DNA of 34,917 bases from a bacterium (GCA_030452455.1 JAKDMF010000001.1:1-34917); one strand, 5' to 3'; numbered from the stretch's first letter, positions 5,819 through 15,376 are shown. Made by a program: numbers and translations. Notes: generated by a model not told the origin, from the sequence alone.

Positions 5819-8362
5819 ATGAAGGTAAGTTTAAACCATATAAAAAACTATATTGATTTTGAGCTACCGCCGGTTGATGAGCTAGTCGACAGAATAAACC
5901 GACAGCTCGGTGGCGTTGAAGAAGTTATAGATTTAGCGTCTCGATACAAAGAGGCTCGGATCGTCGTTGTCGCTAGGTGTGAAAAGCATCCTGACGCTGA
6001 TCGACTTAGTGTCTGCTTGGTCGACGACGGTGGTGTAACCGATGGTGTCGAGCGTGATGAAGACGGTTTGATCCAGGTTGTTTGCGGTGCGCCGAATGTT
6101 CGCGGCGGCATGACGGCCGTTTGGCTGCCACCAAAATCAGTTGTACCGGCTAGCGCCGATGACGACGAGCCGTTTGTTCTGTCGGCTCGTGAGCTTCGAG
6201 GCGTCATGAGCCAGGGTATGCTAGCCGCTCCAGACGAGTTAGCTATTGGAGAGGGCCACGATGGAATATTAGAGATCACCGAGAATGATTTGCCACAAGC
6301 TGTAGCTTTTAACGATAAAATAATCGGTCGAAGCTTCGGCGAAGTGTTTGGGCTCGACGATACTATTATTGATATTGAAAACAAAATGTTCACGCATAGA
6401 CCTGATTTATTCGGACAGCTTGGTGTGGCACGTGAAATCTCGGCAATTATGGGTGGCACGACAGCAGCTGATCAGGACTTTGTCGATACCCATTTTATTA
6501 ATCCTGACGAATATTGGAAGATGCCTGATTTTGAAAAGGCAAGTGACCTTAACTTAGAAACGTTCAATGAAGCCGGCGATAAAGTGCCGCGGGTTATATT
6601 TGTTGCCATGAATAGCATCGAGGTAAAACCAAGTCCACTGTGGTTACAATGTGAGTTGGTCGCGATGGGTGCCAAGCCGATTAATAATATTGTCGATACC
6701 ACCAACTACCTTATGCTGACGACCGCTCAGCCAACTCACGCCTATGACTATGACAAGATTAGCGGACACAAAATCGGTGCACGTATGGCGCGTGACGGTG
6801 AAAAGATTAAACTCCTCAACGACAAAGAGTATGAGCTGACATCTGACGATATCGTCATAGCTGACGGCGATAAGCCGGTTGGCCTGGCTGGAGTCATGGG
6901 CGGTAGTGAGACGGAAGTCGATAAAAACACTAAAAATATCATCCTCGAAGTAGCGACATTTGATATGTATGCAGTCCGAAAATCTAGCATGAGACATGGG
7001 GTATTCACTGACGCACTAACACGATTCAACAAGGGTCAATCCCCACTGCAGAATAATAGAATTACTTACATGCTCATGAATCAGATCGGACAACTGTCTG
7101 GTGCATCACAGGCTAGCGATGTTTACGATATCTCTAGCCAAGATTGGAACCGCGTACTATCACTCAGCGGCGAGATTAAAGTTAGTCGTGACTTTGTCGT
7201 TAGTCGATTGGGTGTTGATTTGACACTGAGTCAGATAGGTAATTTACTTCGTCGAACTAATTTTACATCTTATCCGGATGAGGATGATGAAGATACACTT
7301 GTGATCGCAGCTCCTTTTTGGCGAACTGATATTAGTTTGCCCGAAGATATCGTCGAAGAAGTTGGTCGATTGTATGATTTTGGTAAACTACCACGCGAGC
7401 TGCCGGGTCGCAGTATCTCACCGAGCCAACTAAACCCAATCGTCGAACTGAAACAAGCTATCCGAAAGTTGCTGAGCCAGGCGGGTGCCAATGAGGTTTT
7501 AACCTATAGTTTCGTTCACCGGAATTTGATTCAGAAGACCGGCCAGTCAATCGATAGAGCTTATCAGCTAAGTAACGCCCTGAGCCCTGACTTACATTAC
7601 ATGCGCATAAGTCTGCAGCCGAGTATACTCGATAAAGTATATAGCAACATCCGTGATGGACACGATAAATTTGCGCTGTTTGAAATCGGCACCAGCCATG
7701 ACAAGAATAAGTTGGATGATAGTAAGCTTCCACTGGAGCCGAGTCGACTGGCGCTTGTTTATGTCAATAAGCACAAGCAGCCCGGGGCGGCCTACTATGA
7801 TGCCAAAAGAGCCTTGGATTTTCTAGCCAGTAAACTAGGTGTCCAATTAGATTACAAAAATACTAATATCGAAGATGACCAAATTGGCACTATGTTTGAG
7901 CCGAAACGACGGGCGGCTATCTTTGCCCGGAGCAGTGGAGAGCCGATCGGTGTCATCGGTGAGTATACAGCCGCTACTCGAAAAGCTTATAAGTTACCAG
8001 ACAGTAGCGCCGGTTTCGAAATTATACTCGATAAAATAGTCGCTGGTGCTACCGGCCTCCATGACTATCAAGTGCTCAGCCGCTACCCGTCGGCCGAAAG
8101 AGACGTTTGCTTTAAATTAGCTGACGAAATTGAGTATCAAAAACTAGTCGATGAAATCGATTCTCAGCTGAGCAATAAATCAATTCGCTATAGTGTTTCG
8201 CCGGTCGATATTTATCAAGCTGCGGGCGACTCAACTAAGAATATTACAGTCCGTATTAAGCTAACTCCGATCGAGCGTACGCTCAGCGGACAAGACATCG
8301 ACCAGATCGTAAACAGTACCGCAATTCAAGTCTGCCAAAAACTTGACGCCGAAATTGTCTAA
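5819..8362 (+). CDS. pheT: Phenylalanine--tRNA ligase beta subunit
   Basis: 847 aa. The N-terminal EMAP/tRNA-binding domain is present (CEKHPDADRLSVCLVDDG..VCGAPN), followed by a B3/4 region, a B5 region and a C-terminal anticodon-binding-like domain. Length and order are typical of bacterial PheT. Confidence 0.95.
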   Translation: MKVSLNHIKNYIDFELPPVDELVDRINRQLGGVEEVIDLASRYKEARIVVVARCEKHPDADRLSVCLVDDGGVTDGVERDEDGLIQVVCGAPNVRGGMTAVWLPPKSVVPASADDDEPFVLSARELRGVMSQGMLAAPDELAIGEGHDGILEITENDLPQAVAFNDKIIGRSFGEVFGLDDTIIDIENKMFTHRPDLFGQLGVAREISAIMGGTTAADQDFVDTHFINPDEYWKMPDFEKASDLNLETFNEAGDKVPRVIFVAMNSIEVKPSPLWLQCELVAMGAKPINNIVDTTNYLMLTTAQPTHAYDYDKISGHKIGARMARDGEKIKLLNDKEYELTSDDIVIADGDKPVGLAGVMGGSETEVDKNTKNIILEVATFDMYAVRKSSMRHGVFTDALTRFNKGQSPLQNNRITYMLMNQIGQLSGASQASDVYDISSQDWNRVLSLSGEIKVSRDFVVSRLGVDLTLSQIGNLLRRTNFTSYPDEDDEDTLVIAAPFWRTDISLPEDIVEEVGRLYDFGKLPRELPGRSISPSQLNPIVELKQAIRKLLSQAGANEVLTYSFVHRNLIQKTGQSIDRAYQLSNALSPDLHYMRISLQPSILDKVYSNIRDGHDKFALFEIGTSHDKNKLDDSKLPLEPSRLALVYVNKHKQPGAAYYDAKRALDFLASKLGVQLDYKNTNIEDDQIGTMFEPKRRAAIFARSSGEPIGVIGEYTAATRKAYKLPDSSAGFEIILDKIVAGATGLHDYQVLSRYPSAERDVCFKLADEIEYQKLVDEIDSQLSNKSIRYSVSPVDIYQAAGDSTKNITVRIKLTPIERTLSGQDIDQIVNSTAIQVCQKLDAEIV

Positions 8363-8366
8363 TCTT

Positions 8367-8375
8367 TGCTATAAT
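8367..8375 (+). promoter_or_regulatory. Extended -10 box TGCTATAAT upstream of ndh
   Basis: TGCTATAAT lies at 8367-8375, immediately after the pheT stop. A leader of about 40 nt carries a weak SD (AGGGA). Confidence 0.45.
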
Positions 8376-8414
8376 AGCCATAAGTTTTACGAAATATAAA
8401 TAGGGACTTCAGTT

Positions 8415-9608
8415 ATGAATATTGTTATTGTTGGTGGTGGATTTGGTGGCGTCAAAACTGCGCTGGAGCTAGCGAAGAATAAAGACGTAAACATCAAATT
8501 AATCAGTGACTCGGACGATTTTTGTTATTATCCGGCGCTTTATAGCGTGGCAACCGGTCATAGCCATTTAACGTCATGGGTTCCCTTGCGTGAGATATTT
8601 CAAAATTATAATAACGTCGAACTGATTAAAGATACGATTACTTCGATCGATAAAGCTACCAAAAATCTAACCGGACAGTCTGGTAAAAAGTACGACTATA
8701 CTAAACTGGTCCTGTCACTTGGCACAGTCACAACATATTTTGGCATCGAGGGCTTAGACAGCTACTCGTTTGGTATTAAGTCAGTCGAAGAAATCGATCA
8801 GCTGAAAAATCACTTACAGACTAGCATCGCCGATAGCCAGACTACCGAGCGTCATTACGTTATCATCGGTGCTGGTCCGACCGGTGTCGAGCTAGCAGCC
8901 GCCCTCGGTTCGTACTTGAACCGAATTTGTCAGCATTATAATGTCAAAAAAGCTGACTACAGTATCGAACTTATTGAAGCTGCGCCAAGAGTATTGCCGC
9001 GGATGAGCGAAAAAACCAGTCGCCGCGTCACTCGTCGCCTGACTAAGCTTGGCATCAACGTCCAGCTTGATAAAAAAGTTGAATCAGCTAGCGTTGACGG
9101 TATTATGGTGAGCGGTAAACCGCTAAAGAGCCATACTGTTATTTGGACCTCCGGCGTGGCAAGCAATCCGTTTTATAAAAACAATGCTGATCAGTTCGAA
9201 TTTGACGAGCGTGGTCGCATAAAAGTTGACAGCCAGATGCGCTCCAGCGACGGTGTTTATGTTATCGGTGATAACGCCTCGACGCAGTACAGTGGACTGG
9301 CTCAGACCGCGCTGCATGACGCCGTCTTCATTGCCAAGAATTTTAAGCGTCAACTTAGTGGCGCGGCTGTCGATAAATACAAAGCTGTCATGCCGCCAGT
9401 TGTCGTGCCGGTTGGCGAGTCTTGGGCGGTATTTGAGTGGCACAAGCTGCGACTCTACGGCTGGCCAGCGGCGATTTTGCGAAAACTAGCCGACTTTATG
9501 GGCTATCACGATATACTTCCGATTGGTCAGGCGTTAGGTGTTTGGCGGGCGGAAAAGATCATGGAAGACGACTTCGTTGAGGCTAATCGAAAAAAACGTA
9601 ATCGGTAG
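8415..9608 (+). CDS. ndh: Type II NADH dehydrogenase-like FAD/NAD(P) oxidoreductase
   Basis: 397 aa with two dinucleotide-binding motifs, IVIVGGGFGGVKTA at the N-terminus and VIIGAGPTGVELAAAL mid-protein. GD motif VYVIGDNAS is also present. The architecture is typical of NDH-2. Confidence 0.8.
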   Translation: MNIVIVGGGFGGVKTALELAKNKDVNIKLISDSDDFCYYPALYSVATGHSHLTSWVPLREIFQNYNNVELIKDTITSIDKATKNLTGQSGKKYDYTKLVLSLGTVTTYFGIEGLDSYSFGIKSVEEIDQLKNHLQTSIADSQTTERHYVIIGAGPTGVELAAALGSYLNRICQHYNVKKADYSIELIEAAPRVLPRMSEKTSRRVTRRLTKLGINVQLDKKVESASVDGIMVSGKPLKSHTVIWTSGVASNPFYKNNADQFEFDERGRIKVDSQMRSSDGVYVIGDNASTQYSGLAQTALHDAVFIAKNFKRQLSGAAVDKYKAVMPPVVVPVGESWAVFEWHKLRLYGWPAAILRKLADFMGYHDILPIGQALGVWRAEKIMEDDFVEANRKKRNR

Positions 9609-9625
9609 TTATTTAGTGGTGGCAG

Positions 9626-9634
9626 TGATACAAT
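9626..9634 (+). promoter_or_regulatory. Extended -10 box TGATACAAT upstream of the FKBP gene
   Basis: TGATACAAT lies at 9626-9634. The leader carries the strong SD GAGGGGAG before the ATG at 9668. Confidence 0.45.
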
Positions 9635-9667
9635 AGTATCAATAGAAACAGAGAGGGGAGTGCCTTT

Positions 9668-10303
9668 ATGGCGACGAAGAAAAGTCAGAGGATTGCTATT
9701 TGGGTGATAGCAGTTGCATTAACAGTTGGTACGCTTGGTTCATTTTTGGTCATGGCCCTAGCTGGTCAAAACGAGCAGCGTGATCAAGCTCGGCTCCAAG
9801 AAGCCTACCAGGAGTATCAGTCTAAAGTTCAGGCTCAAAGCGACGAGCTGTCAAAAAAGTACTATCCAGTACTACATAAGTTCGAGGACCTACCAGCTAA
9901 ATTTGATGCTAAATCAGTCAAAAAACTAGCCATTAAAGATCTTAAAGCCGGCAGCGGCGACAAAATTAGCGAGGGCGATTCATTTGCGGCCTATTATATC
10001 GGCTGGACGCCAAGTGGTGAAGTGTTCGAAAGCTCGATTGAAGGTGACAAACTAGGCACGCCTTTTAACGTCACTCAGGGTTCGGGCGTGATAGAAGGCT
10101 GGGTTAAGGGTCTAGATGGTATTAAAACCGGCGGTGTTCGACTGCTGACGATTCCATCCGATCAGGCCTACGGCGACCAGGCTAGTGATAAGATACCGGC
10201 CAATTCACCACTTAAATTCGTAATCATGGCCGTGCCACAGCCAAAAGAAATTCCAATCCCGGAAATACTACTTGAGCAGCAAGCTGGGCAGCAGCCGTAC
10301 TAG
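9668..10303 (+). CDS. Membrane-anchored FKBP-type peptidyl-prolyl cis-trans isomerase
   Basis: 211 aa with an N-terminal TM helix (IAIWVIAVALTVGTLGSFLVMAL). The C-terminal FKBP core contains YIGWTPSGEVFESS and GWVKGLDGIKTGGVRLLTIPSDQAYG. Confidence 0.85.
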   Translation: MATKKSQRIAIWVIAVALTVGTLGSFLVMALAGQNEQRDQARLQEAYQEYQSKVQAQSDELSKKYYPVLHKFEDLPAKFDAKSVKKLAIKDLKAGSGDKISEGDSFAAYYIGWTPSGEVFESSIEGDKLGTPFNVTQGSGVIEGWVKGLDGIKTGGVRLLTIPSDQAYGDQASDKIPANSPLKFVIMAVPQPKEIPIPEILLEQQAGQQPY

Positions 10304-10326
10304 GAAACAAAAAAGAGAGGAAGACA

Positions 10327-11262
10327 ATGACTAAGATAAGAGACGTAGTAATGATTGGCGCTGGTCCGAGCGCCCTATCGGCAGCTATATATACGACCCG
10401 CGAAGAAGTTGACACCGTCCTATATGACAAAGGTGTCTTTGGTGGACTAGCCGCTATAACTGACTGGATTGATAACTATCCGGGCTTCACTGATGGTATT
10501 GCCGGTATGAAATTGGCCGAGCAAATGCAAGGCCAGGCTGAGAGATTTGGCGCTAACATCGAGTTTGGCGATGTCTCGGCTATCCGCGATAACGGTACGA
10601 CTAAAACAGTCGTAGTTGACGGTGAAGACGTCGAGGCTAAGGCCGTCTTGATCGCGACTGGCAGCGACTACAAAAAACTCGGTATACCAGGCGAAAAAGA
10701 ATTCTACGGCCGCGGCGTTCACTACTGTGCGACCTGCGACGGTGCTTTTTACCGTGAGAAAAAACTAGTTGTTGTCGGCGGCGGAAACTCAGCTATCCAA
10801 GAAGCTATTTTCCTAACTCGCTTTACGACTCACATCGACCTTTTGGTGCGCTCATCAATTAAAGCGACGGAGATATTGCAGCGCGACCTGCAGAAATTCA
10901 CTGACAGCGGCCAAATTACAGTTCATCTTGAAACTAGCACCGATGAGATCGTGACTGAAGACAACAAAGTGACAGCCGTTAAAGGTACTAAGGCTGGTCA
11001 GTCGGTTGAGTTCGTCGCTGATGGTGTGTTTGTGTTTGTCGGCCTGAAGCCGAACACCGACTTTTTGAAAGACTCCGAAATTGACCTTGATGAGGTCGGA
11101 CTTGTTAAAACCGACGGCAATCTGATGACGTCAGTACCAGGTATCTTTTGTAGTGGTGATGTTCGCAGCGGCGCAACTATGCAGATTGCTAGTGCGGTTG
11201 GCGAGGGTGCTAACGCGGCTCTAAATATCCGTGAATATATTGAAGATCTCGACCGCCAATAG
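10327..11262 (+). CDS. trxB: Thioredoxin-disulfide reductase
   Basis: 311 aa with GAGPSALSAAIY, the redox-active CATCDG, NADPH-site VVGGGNSAIQEA and C-terminal GDV..G. SD AGAGGAAG precedes the start. Confidence 0.92.
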   Translation: MTKIRDVVMIGAGPSALSAAIYTTREEVDTVLYDKGVFGGLAAITDWIDNYPGFTDGIAGMKLAEQMQGQAERFGANIEFGDVSAIRDNGTTKTVVVDGEDVEAKAVLIATGSDYKKLGIPGEKEFYGRGVHYCATCDGAFYREKKLVVVGGGNSAIQEAIFLTRFTTHIDLLVRSSIKATEILQRDLQKFTDSGQITVHLETSTDEIVTEDNKVTAVKGTKAGQSVEFVADGVFVFVGLKPNTDFLKDSEIDLDEVGLVKTDGNLMTSVPGIFCSGDVRSGATMQIASAVGEGANAALNIREYIEDLDRQ

Positions 11263-11285
11263 TCGTTAAGATTGCTTGATTCAAT

Positions 11286-11323
11286 TTAAATATCCTACGG
11301 CAATTAAGCTGTAGGATATTTAA
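11286..11323. terminator. Long hairpin between convergent trxB and the phosphodiesterase gene (possible bidirectional terminator)
   Basis: The 11-bp perfect stem aaatatcctac (11288-11298) / gtaggatattt (11311-11321) extends to 13 bp and has a 12-nt loop. The right arm contains the minus-gene stop codon. There is no clear U-tract on either side. Confidence 0.4.
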
Positions 11324-12024
11324 GCTTGACGGCGGTTTATTTCGGTCAAGATCGTACTTGGCCGATCGGTCACGACACCATCGATGCCCTTGCGCGACAA
11401 GAGATATGCGGAGTGCGGTCGGTTGACGGTGTAGGCGTAGGTGAATAGGTCAGTTTTCTTGGCTATTTCGAGGGCAAAATCATTGACGTATAGTCGGTGA
11501 AAGCCAACCCCGTTGAGACCAAGCCGTCGGGCGTAGGCGATAAAAATAAAAGGATTACGATTGTGCAGTAGCCAGAGATTAGCGTCTTGCGATAGCTTAC
11601 GTACAGTTTTTAGCTCACTAGTATAAAAAGATGAAAACACCACAAGGTTCCAGTCGGATGGTTTTTTGATGTACTTTTTCTTTAACAACTTCACGACGTG
11701 CTTGGCACAGTCGCGCTGTTTGAGCTCGATATTCAGAATAATTTTGCCAAAAAAGCTATCGAGAACTTCTTCGAGTGTAGCAATCGGATAGTCAGTTTTA
11801 TCAGCAACTTTCTGAAGCTGATTCAAGGTGCTTTGCCCGACTGAGACACGAGTTTTGTGGGTTCGGCGGAGGTTGCCGTCGTGAACCAGGATCGGTACGT
11901 TGTCTTTAGTGGTGTGGACATCGAACTCTAAGATATCGGCCTCAGCGTCGAGTCCGGCCTGAAGCGATTCCAGAGTATTCTCTTTAGCAACGCCGGCTGC
12001 CCCGCGGTGTCCAATAATTAACAT
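11320..12024 (-). CDS. Glycerophosphodiester phosphodiesterase family protein
   Basis: 234 aa with GDPD motifs IIGHRGA, LEFDVHTTKDNVPILVHD and a C-terminal GVDGVVTDRP. Confidence 0.85.
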   Translation of the reverse strand: MLIIGHRGAAGVAKENTLESLQAGLDAEADILEFDVHTTKDNVPILVHDGNLRRTHKTRVSVGQSTLNQLQKVADKTDYPIATLEEVLDSFFGKIILNIELKQRDCAKHVVKLLKKKYIKKPSDWNLVVFSSFYTSELKTVRKLSQDANLWLLHNRNPFIFIAYARRLGLNGVGFHRLYVNDFALEIAKKTDLFTYAYTVNRPHSAYLLSRKGIDGVVTDRPSTILTEINRRQA

Positions 12025-12031
12025 TGCTCTT

Positions 12032-12040
12032 ACTATAGCA
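12032..12040 (-). promoter_or_regulatory. Extended -10 box TGCTATAGT on the minus strand, 7 nt upstream of the phosphodiesterase ATG (leaderless configuration)
   Basis: The reverse complement of 12032-12040 is TGCTATAGT. The spacer is 12025-12031, the ATG is at 12024-12022, and there is no SD. Confidence 0.45.
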
Positions 12041-12044
12041 GACT

Positions 12045-12053
12045 TGTTACACT
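12045..12053 (+). promoter_or_regulatory. Extended -10-like box TGTTACACT for ppa, back-to-back with the divergent promoter
   Basis: TGTTACACT lies at 12045-12053, SD AAGGAG at 12076-12081 and the ATG at 12088. Confidence 0.4.
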
Positions 12054-12087
12054 AGTTATATACACTAAAATTCCTAAGGAGTGACAA

Positions 12088-12618
12088 ATGGCAGATTTTA
12101 ATAAAGTATTTACACCCGGCGATTATCTAAACGGCACGATTAATGTTGTGGTTGAGATTCCCACCGGATCAAATCATAAAATTGAATGGAATCGAGAGCT
12201 GGCGGTTATGCAGCTAGACCGGATTGAGCCTCGTATTTTTGCCAAGCCAACTAACTATGGATTTATCCCACAGACACTTGATGAGGACGGCGACGAGCTT
12301 GATGTTTTGCTTATTACTGACGACCCACTGACAACTGGTATTGTCGTCGAGTCACGAATTATCGGCGTCATGAAGTTTGTCGATGATGGTGAAGTCGACG
12401 ACAAAGTGATCGCTGTGCCGGCCGATGATCGTAACAGCGGCAATGCCATCCAGACTTTGGCCGACCTGCCAGCTCAGTTAATCAAGCAGATTGAATTTCA
12501 TTTTAATCGTTACAAGGATCTTAAAAAACCCGGCTCAACCGTCGTGGAAGGTTTTGAGGATATCAGTGTAGCTCAGCAAGTTATCGCTGAAGCAATCGAG
12601 CGCTGGAACGACCAATAG
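12088..12618 (+). CDS. ppa: Inorganic pyrophosphatase, family I
   Basis: 176 aa with EIPTGSNHKIEWN, YGFIPQTLDEDGDELDVLL and DDKVIAV, which are typical family I PPase signatures. Confidence 0.93.
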   Translation: MADFNKVFTPGDYLNGTINVVVEIPTGSNHKIEWNRELAVMQLDRIEPRIFAKPTNYGFIPQTLDEDGDELDVLLITDDPLTTGIVVESRIIGVMKFVDDGEVDDKVIAVPADDRNSGNAIQTLADLPAQLIKQIEFHFNRYKDLKKPGSTVVEGFEDISVAQQVIAEAIERWNDQ

Positions 12619-12623
12619 TCCGA

Positions 12624-14180
12624 CTATTTTTTAGACGACGAGGCACTACCTTTACCGCGTAGTGCTTTTTCTTTGATGATAGCCGCGCCGCGGGCCATAC
12701 CTTCAGCCAGGCCCATCTTTTTAAGCTGGCTCCGGAGTTTGCTGCGAGCTTGGGTTGTCGTGACGAGCTCTAGCCAGCTCGGCTTAGGCTGACTAGTCTT
12801 GCGAGTAATGACCTCGACTATATCACCGTTTTCGAGCGGCTTGTCAAAGGCTCGGATGTTGCCGTTAACCCGGAAGCTGTAAGCCCGCTTGCCAATATCT
12901 GTATGGATCATATAGGCAAAATCAAGCGGCAGGGCGCCCTCAGGCAGGCTGTAAATATCTCCTTTAGGCGAGTAGACGAATATCCGGCTACCAAACAAGT
13001 CGATATTGAGCTGGTTGAGCGGTATGTCGACCCCATCGCGTAGATTTGAGGCGATTTCTTGGAGCTGGACGATCCACTGCATTTGTGTCGGTAGCTTGCT
13101 GGATTTTTTGTTTTTTGAATAATCCTTGGAACTTTTTTGCTCGTGGTAATGGAAGCTAGCGGCTAGTCCACGTTCGGCATACTCGTGCATGTCGTAGGTT
13201 CGAATCTGGAATTCAACGATTTGCTTGGACGGTGTAATGACGGTAGTGTGCAGGCTTTGATAGCCGTTTGGCTTTGGCACCGCGATGTAGTCTTTAATTC
13301 GAGTTAGCATCGGCTGGTAGAGTGAGTGGAGGACACCGAGCACTCGGTAGCAGTCCTCTTTGGAGTCGACTATGACTCGAAGCGCCATCAGATCGTAGAT
13401 ATCGTCCAGGCTGGTATCAACTTTGGACAGTTTCTTGTGCAAGCTATAGATGCTTTTAACGCGGCCGTTTATTTCCGATTTGATGTGTTGTTTGCCGAGC
13501 TCAGCTTCGACTTCTTGACGAACGACACCTAACTTACGAGTGCTTTTGCCGAGCCGTTTTTTCATCTCATTTTGGAGGCGCTTAAATTCTTTTTCATTGA
13601 GGTAACTAAAAGCAATTTCCTCAATCTGCATCCGGACCCGGCCCATACCAAGTCGATCAGCCATCGGTGCAAATACATCAAGGCTCTCGCGGGCAATTTT
13701 CTTTTGCTTGTCGGGGCTCATGTGCTCTAGGGTCGATAGGTTATGCAGTCGGTCGGCTAGCTTGATGATAATAACCCGGACATCTTGACCAACGGCTATC
13801 AGTAGCTTTGATAGATTGTCCTTGGTCTGGGGCAAGTAGCTATCGAGGTCACGCATACCGGCCCGGGCTTTGGAAATCTTGGTGACTCCATCAACTAGAA
13901 AAGCGACGTTGCGGCCAAATAGTGACTCGATTGTATCAAGGCTGGTATCGGTATCCTCGACGGTGTCATGGAGCACGCCGGCTAGGACGGTATCGATATC
14001 CATACCCCAGTCTATTAAAATGTGAGCCACATTCAGGGGGTGAATTATGTAGGGTTCACCGCTTTTACGTTTTTGACCTAGGTGAGCCTCAGTTGCAAAG
14101 TCGATGGCATGCCCCAGTTCGAGGACTTGCTCGTCATCGTAACAAGGTTTGGCGTAGTCAATCAGCTTCTGCTCGTTCAT
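12624..14180 (-). CDS. rel: Bifunctional (p)ppGpp synthetase/hydrolase Rel, short form lacking the C-terminal ZFD/ACT region
   Basis: 518 aa. The HD hydrolase domain is present (HPLNVAHIL..GVLHDTVEDT). The synthetase domain is present (GRVKSIYSLHKKL, DLMALRVIV, YQSLHTTV, EFQIRTYDMHEYAE). The TGS domain is present (IFVYSPKGDIYSLPEGALPLDFAY..GDIVEVIT). The protein ends about 55 aa after TGS. Confidence 0.9.
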   Translation of the reverse strand: MNEQKLIDYAKPCYDDEQVLELGHAIDFATEAHLGQKRKSGEPYIIHPLNVAHILIDWGMDIDTVLAGVLHDTVEDTDTSLDTIESLFGRNVAFLVDGVTKISKARAGMRDLDSYLPQTKDNLSKLLIAVGQDVRVIIIKLADRLHNLSTLEHMSPDKQKKIARESLDVFAPMADRLGMGRVRMQIEEIAFSYLNEKEFKRLQNEMKKRLGKSTRKLGVVRQEVEAELGKQHIKSEINGRVKSIYSLHKKLSKVDTSLDDIYDLMALRVIVDSKEDCYRVLGVLHSLYQPMLTRIKDYIAVPKPNGYQSLHTTVITPSKQIVEFQIRTYDMHEYAERGLAASFHYHEQKSSKDYSKNKKSSKLPTQMQWIVQLQEIASNLRDGVDIPLNQLNIDLFGSRIFVYSPKGDIYSLPEGALPLDFAYMIHTDIGKRAYSFRVNGNIRAFDKPLENGDIVEVITRKTSQPKPSWLELVTTTQARSKLRSQLKKMGLAEGMARGAAIIKEKALRGKGSASSSKK

Positions 14181-14273
14181 AGTAATATCAAGTATATGAC
14201 AATTTATGACTTCTGTCAGGTGATGAGCTAGATTTATTTTATTTCGACCGATAATATATAGATCAGCTATTTG

Positions 14274-14282
14274 TGGTACAAT
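14274..14282 (+). promoter_or_regulatory. Extended -10 box TGGTACAAT upstream of gap
   Basis: TGGTACAAT lies at 14274-14282. A leader of about 40 nt carries SD AGGAG before the ATG at 14325. Confidence 0.45.
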
Positions 14283-14324
14283 ATCATAAGTAAACGCTAA
14301 CGCTTAAATAGGAGTGGTAATAGG

Positions 14325-15353
14325 ATGAGTCAAGCGAAAGTAAGTATCAACGGTTTTGGCCGTATCGGACGAAATGCATTTAAAATAGCTTTTGATAGAA
14401 GTGACGTTGAGATTGTGGCTATCAATGACCTGACAGACACCAAAACTTTAGCGCACCTCCTAAAGTACGACTCTTCGTACGGTACGTACAAGTATGATGT
14501 CTCGCACGATGATGATGCAATTGTCGTTGACGGCAAGCGCATCAAAGTACTAGCCGAAAAAGAACCAGCTAATCTGCCATGGGGTGAGCTTGGGGTTGAT
14601 GTCGTGATTGAGTGTACTGGATTCTTCGTGGAACCAGCCAAAGCTCAAGCTCATATTGATGGCGGCGGTGCCAAAAAAGTTGTCATCTCAGCTCCGACCA
14701 AGGGTAATGACGCTGATGCAGCCGACACAATCGTACTAGGCGTCAATGAAGATAAAATCGAAAACTCGACCGACGTTGTATCAAACGCCAGCTGTACAAC
14801 CAATAACATTACACCTGTCATGGCCATCCTGGAGAGCCATTTCGGTATTGATAAAGCACTGATGACAACCGTCCATAGCTACACGGCTAGCCAGAAGTTG
14901 CAGGACGCGCCAGCTAAGGATCTACGTGAAGCTCGAGCGGCCGCTGAGAACATCGTACCAACTAGCACCGGCGCATCGATTGCCGCCGCCAAGGCCTTGC
15001 CGGCTCTCAAGAACCGCTTCGGTGGACTAAGTGTCCGCGTACCGACCCCGGTTGTTAGCTTGGCTGACTTCGCAGTCGTCTTGAAGCGCGACACCACGAT
15101 CGAAGAGCTCAACAAAGTCTTTAAAGATGCGGCTAAGCAGCCGTTTTACCAAGGCATCCTCGATGTTACTGAAGAGGAACTAGTTTCAAGCGACTTCAAG
15201 GGCAATAGCCACAGCTCAGTCGTCGACCTTGGCCTAACTAATGTCGTCGGTGGAAACCTGGTTAAGGTTGTGGCCTGGTACGACAATGAGTGGGGTTACT
15301 CTAACCGTCTAGTCGAGCTGACAGCTGATGTTGGTAAGCTTGTTGCTGCCTAG
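14325..15353 (+). CDS. gap: Glyceraldehyde-3-phosphate dehydrogenase
   Basis: 342 aa with INGFGRIGR, active-site SNASCTTN and WYDNEWGYSNR. Confidence 0.95.
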   Translation: MSQAKVSINGFGRIGRNAFKIAFDRSDVEIVAINDLTDTKTLAHLLKYDSSYGTYKYDVSHDDDAIVVDGKRIKVLAEKEPANLPWGELGVDVVIECTGFFVEPAKAQAHIDGGGAKKVVISAPTKGNDADAADTIVLGVNEDKIENSTDVVSNASCTTNNITPVMAILESHFGIDKALMTTVHSYTASQKLQDAPAKDLREARAAAENIVPTSTGASIAAAKALPALKNRFGGLSVRVPTPVVSLADFAVVLKRDTTIEELNKVFKDAAKQPFYQGILDVTEEELVSSDFKGNSHSSVVDLGLTNVVGGNLVKVVAWYDNEWGYSNRLVELTADVGKLVAA

Positions 15354-15376
15354 TCTGATCCGGGCATAAATTAAAT

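Noticed and set aside
5848-6459. A 203-aa ORF antisense to pheT.
   Set aside because: It is fully nested antisense to a strongly supported pheT domain. Its S/P/T/R-rich low-complexity translation is typical of the reverse frame of a coding region. It has no promoter or SD signal.
14293-14304. A tandem direct repeat aacgct aacgct in the gap 5' leader.
   Set aside because: It has only two 6-nt units and no associated structure or known motif. It is most likely chance.
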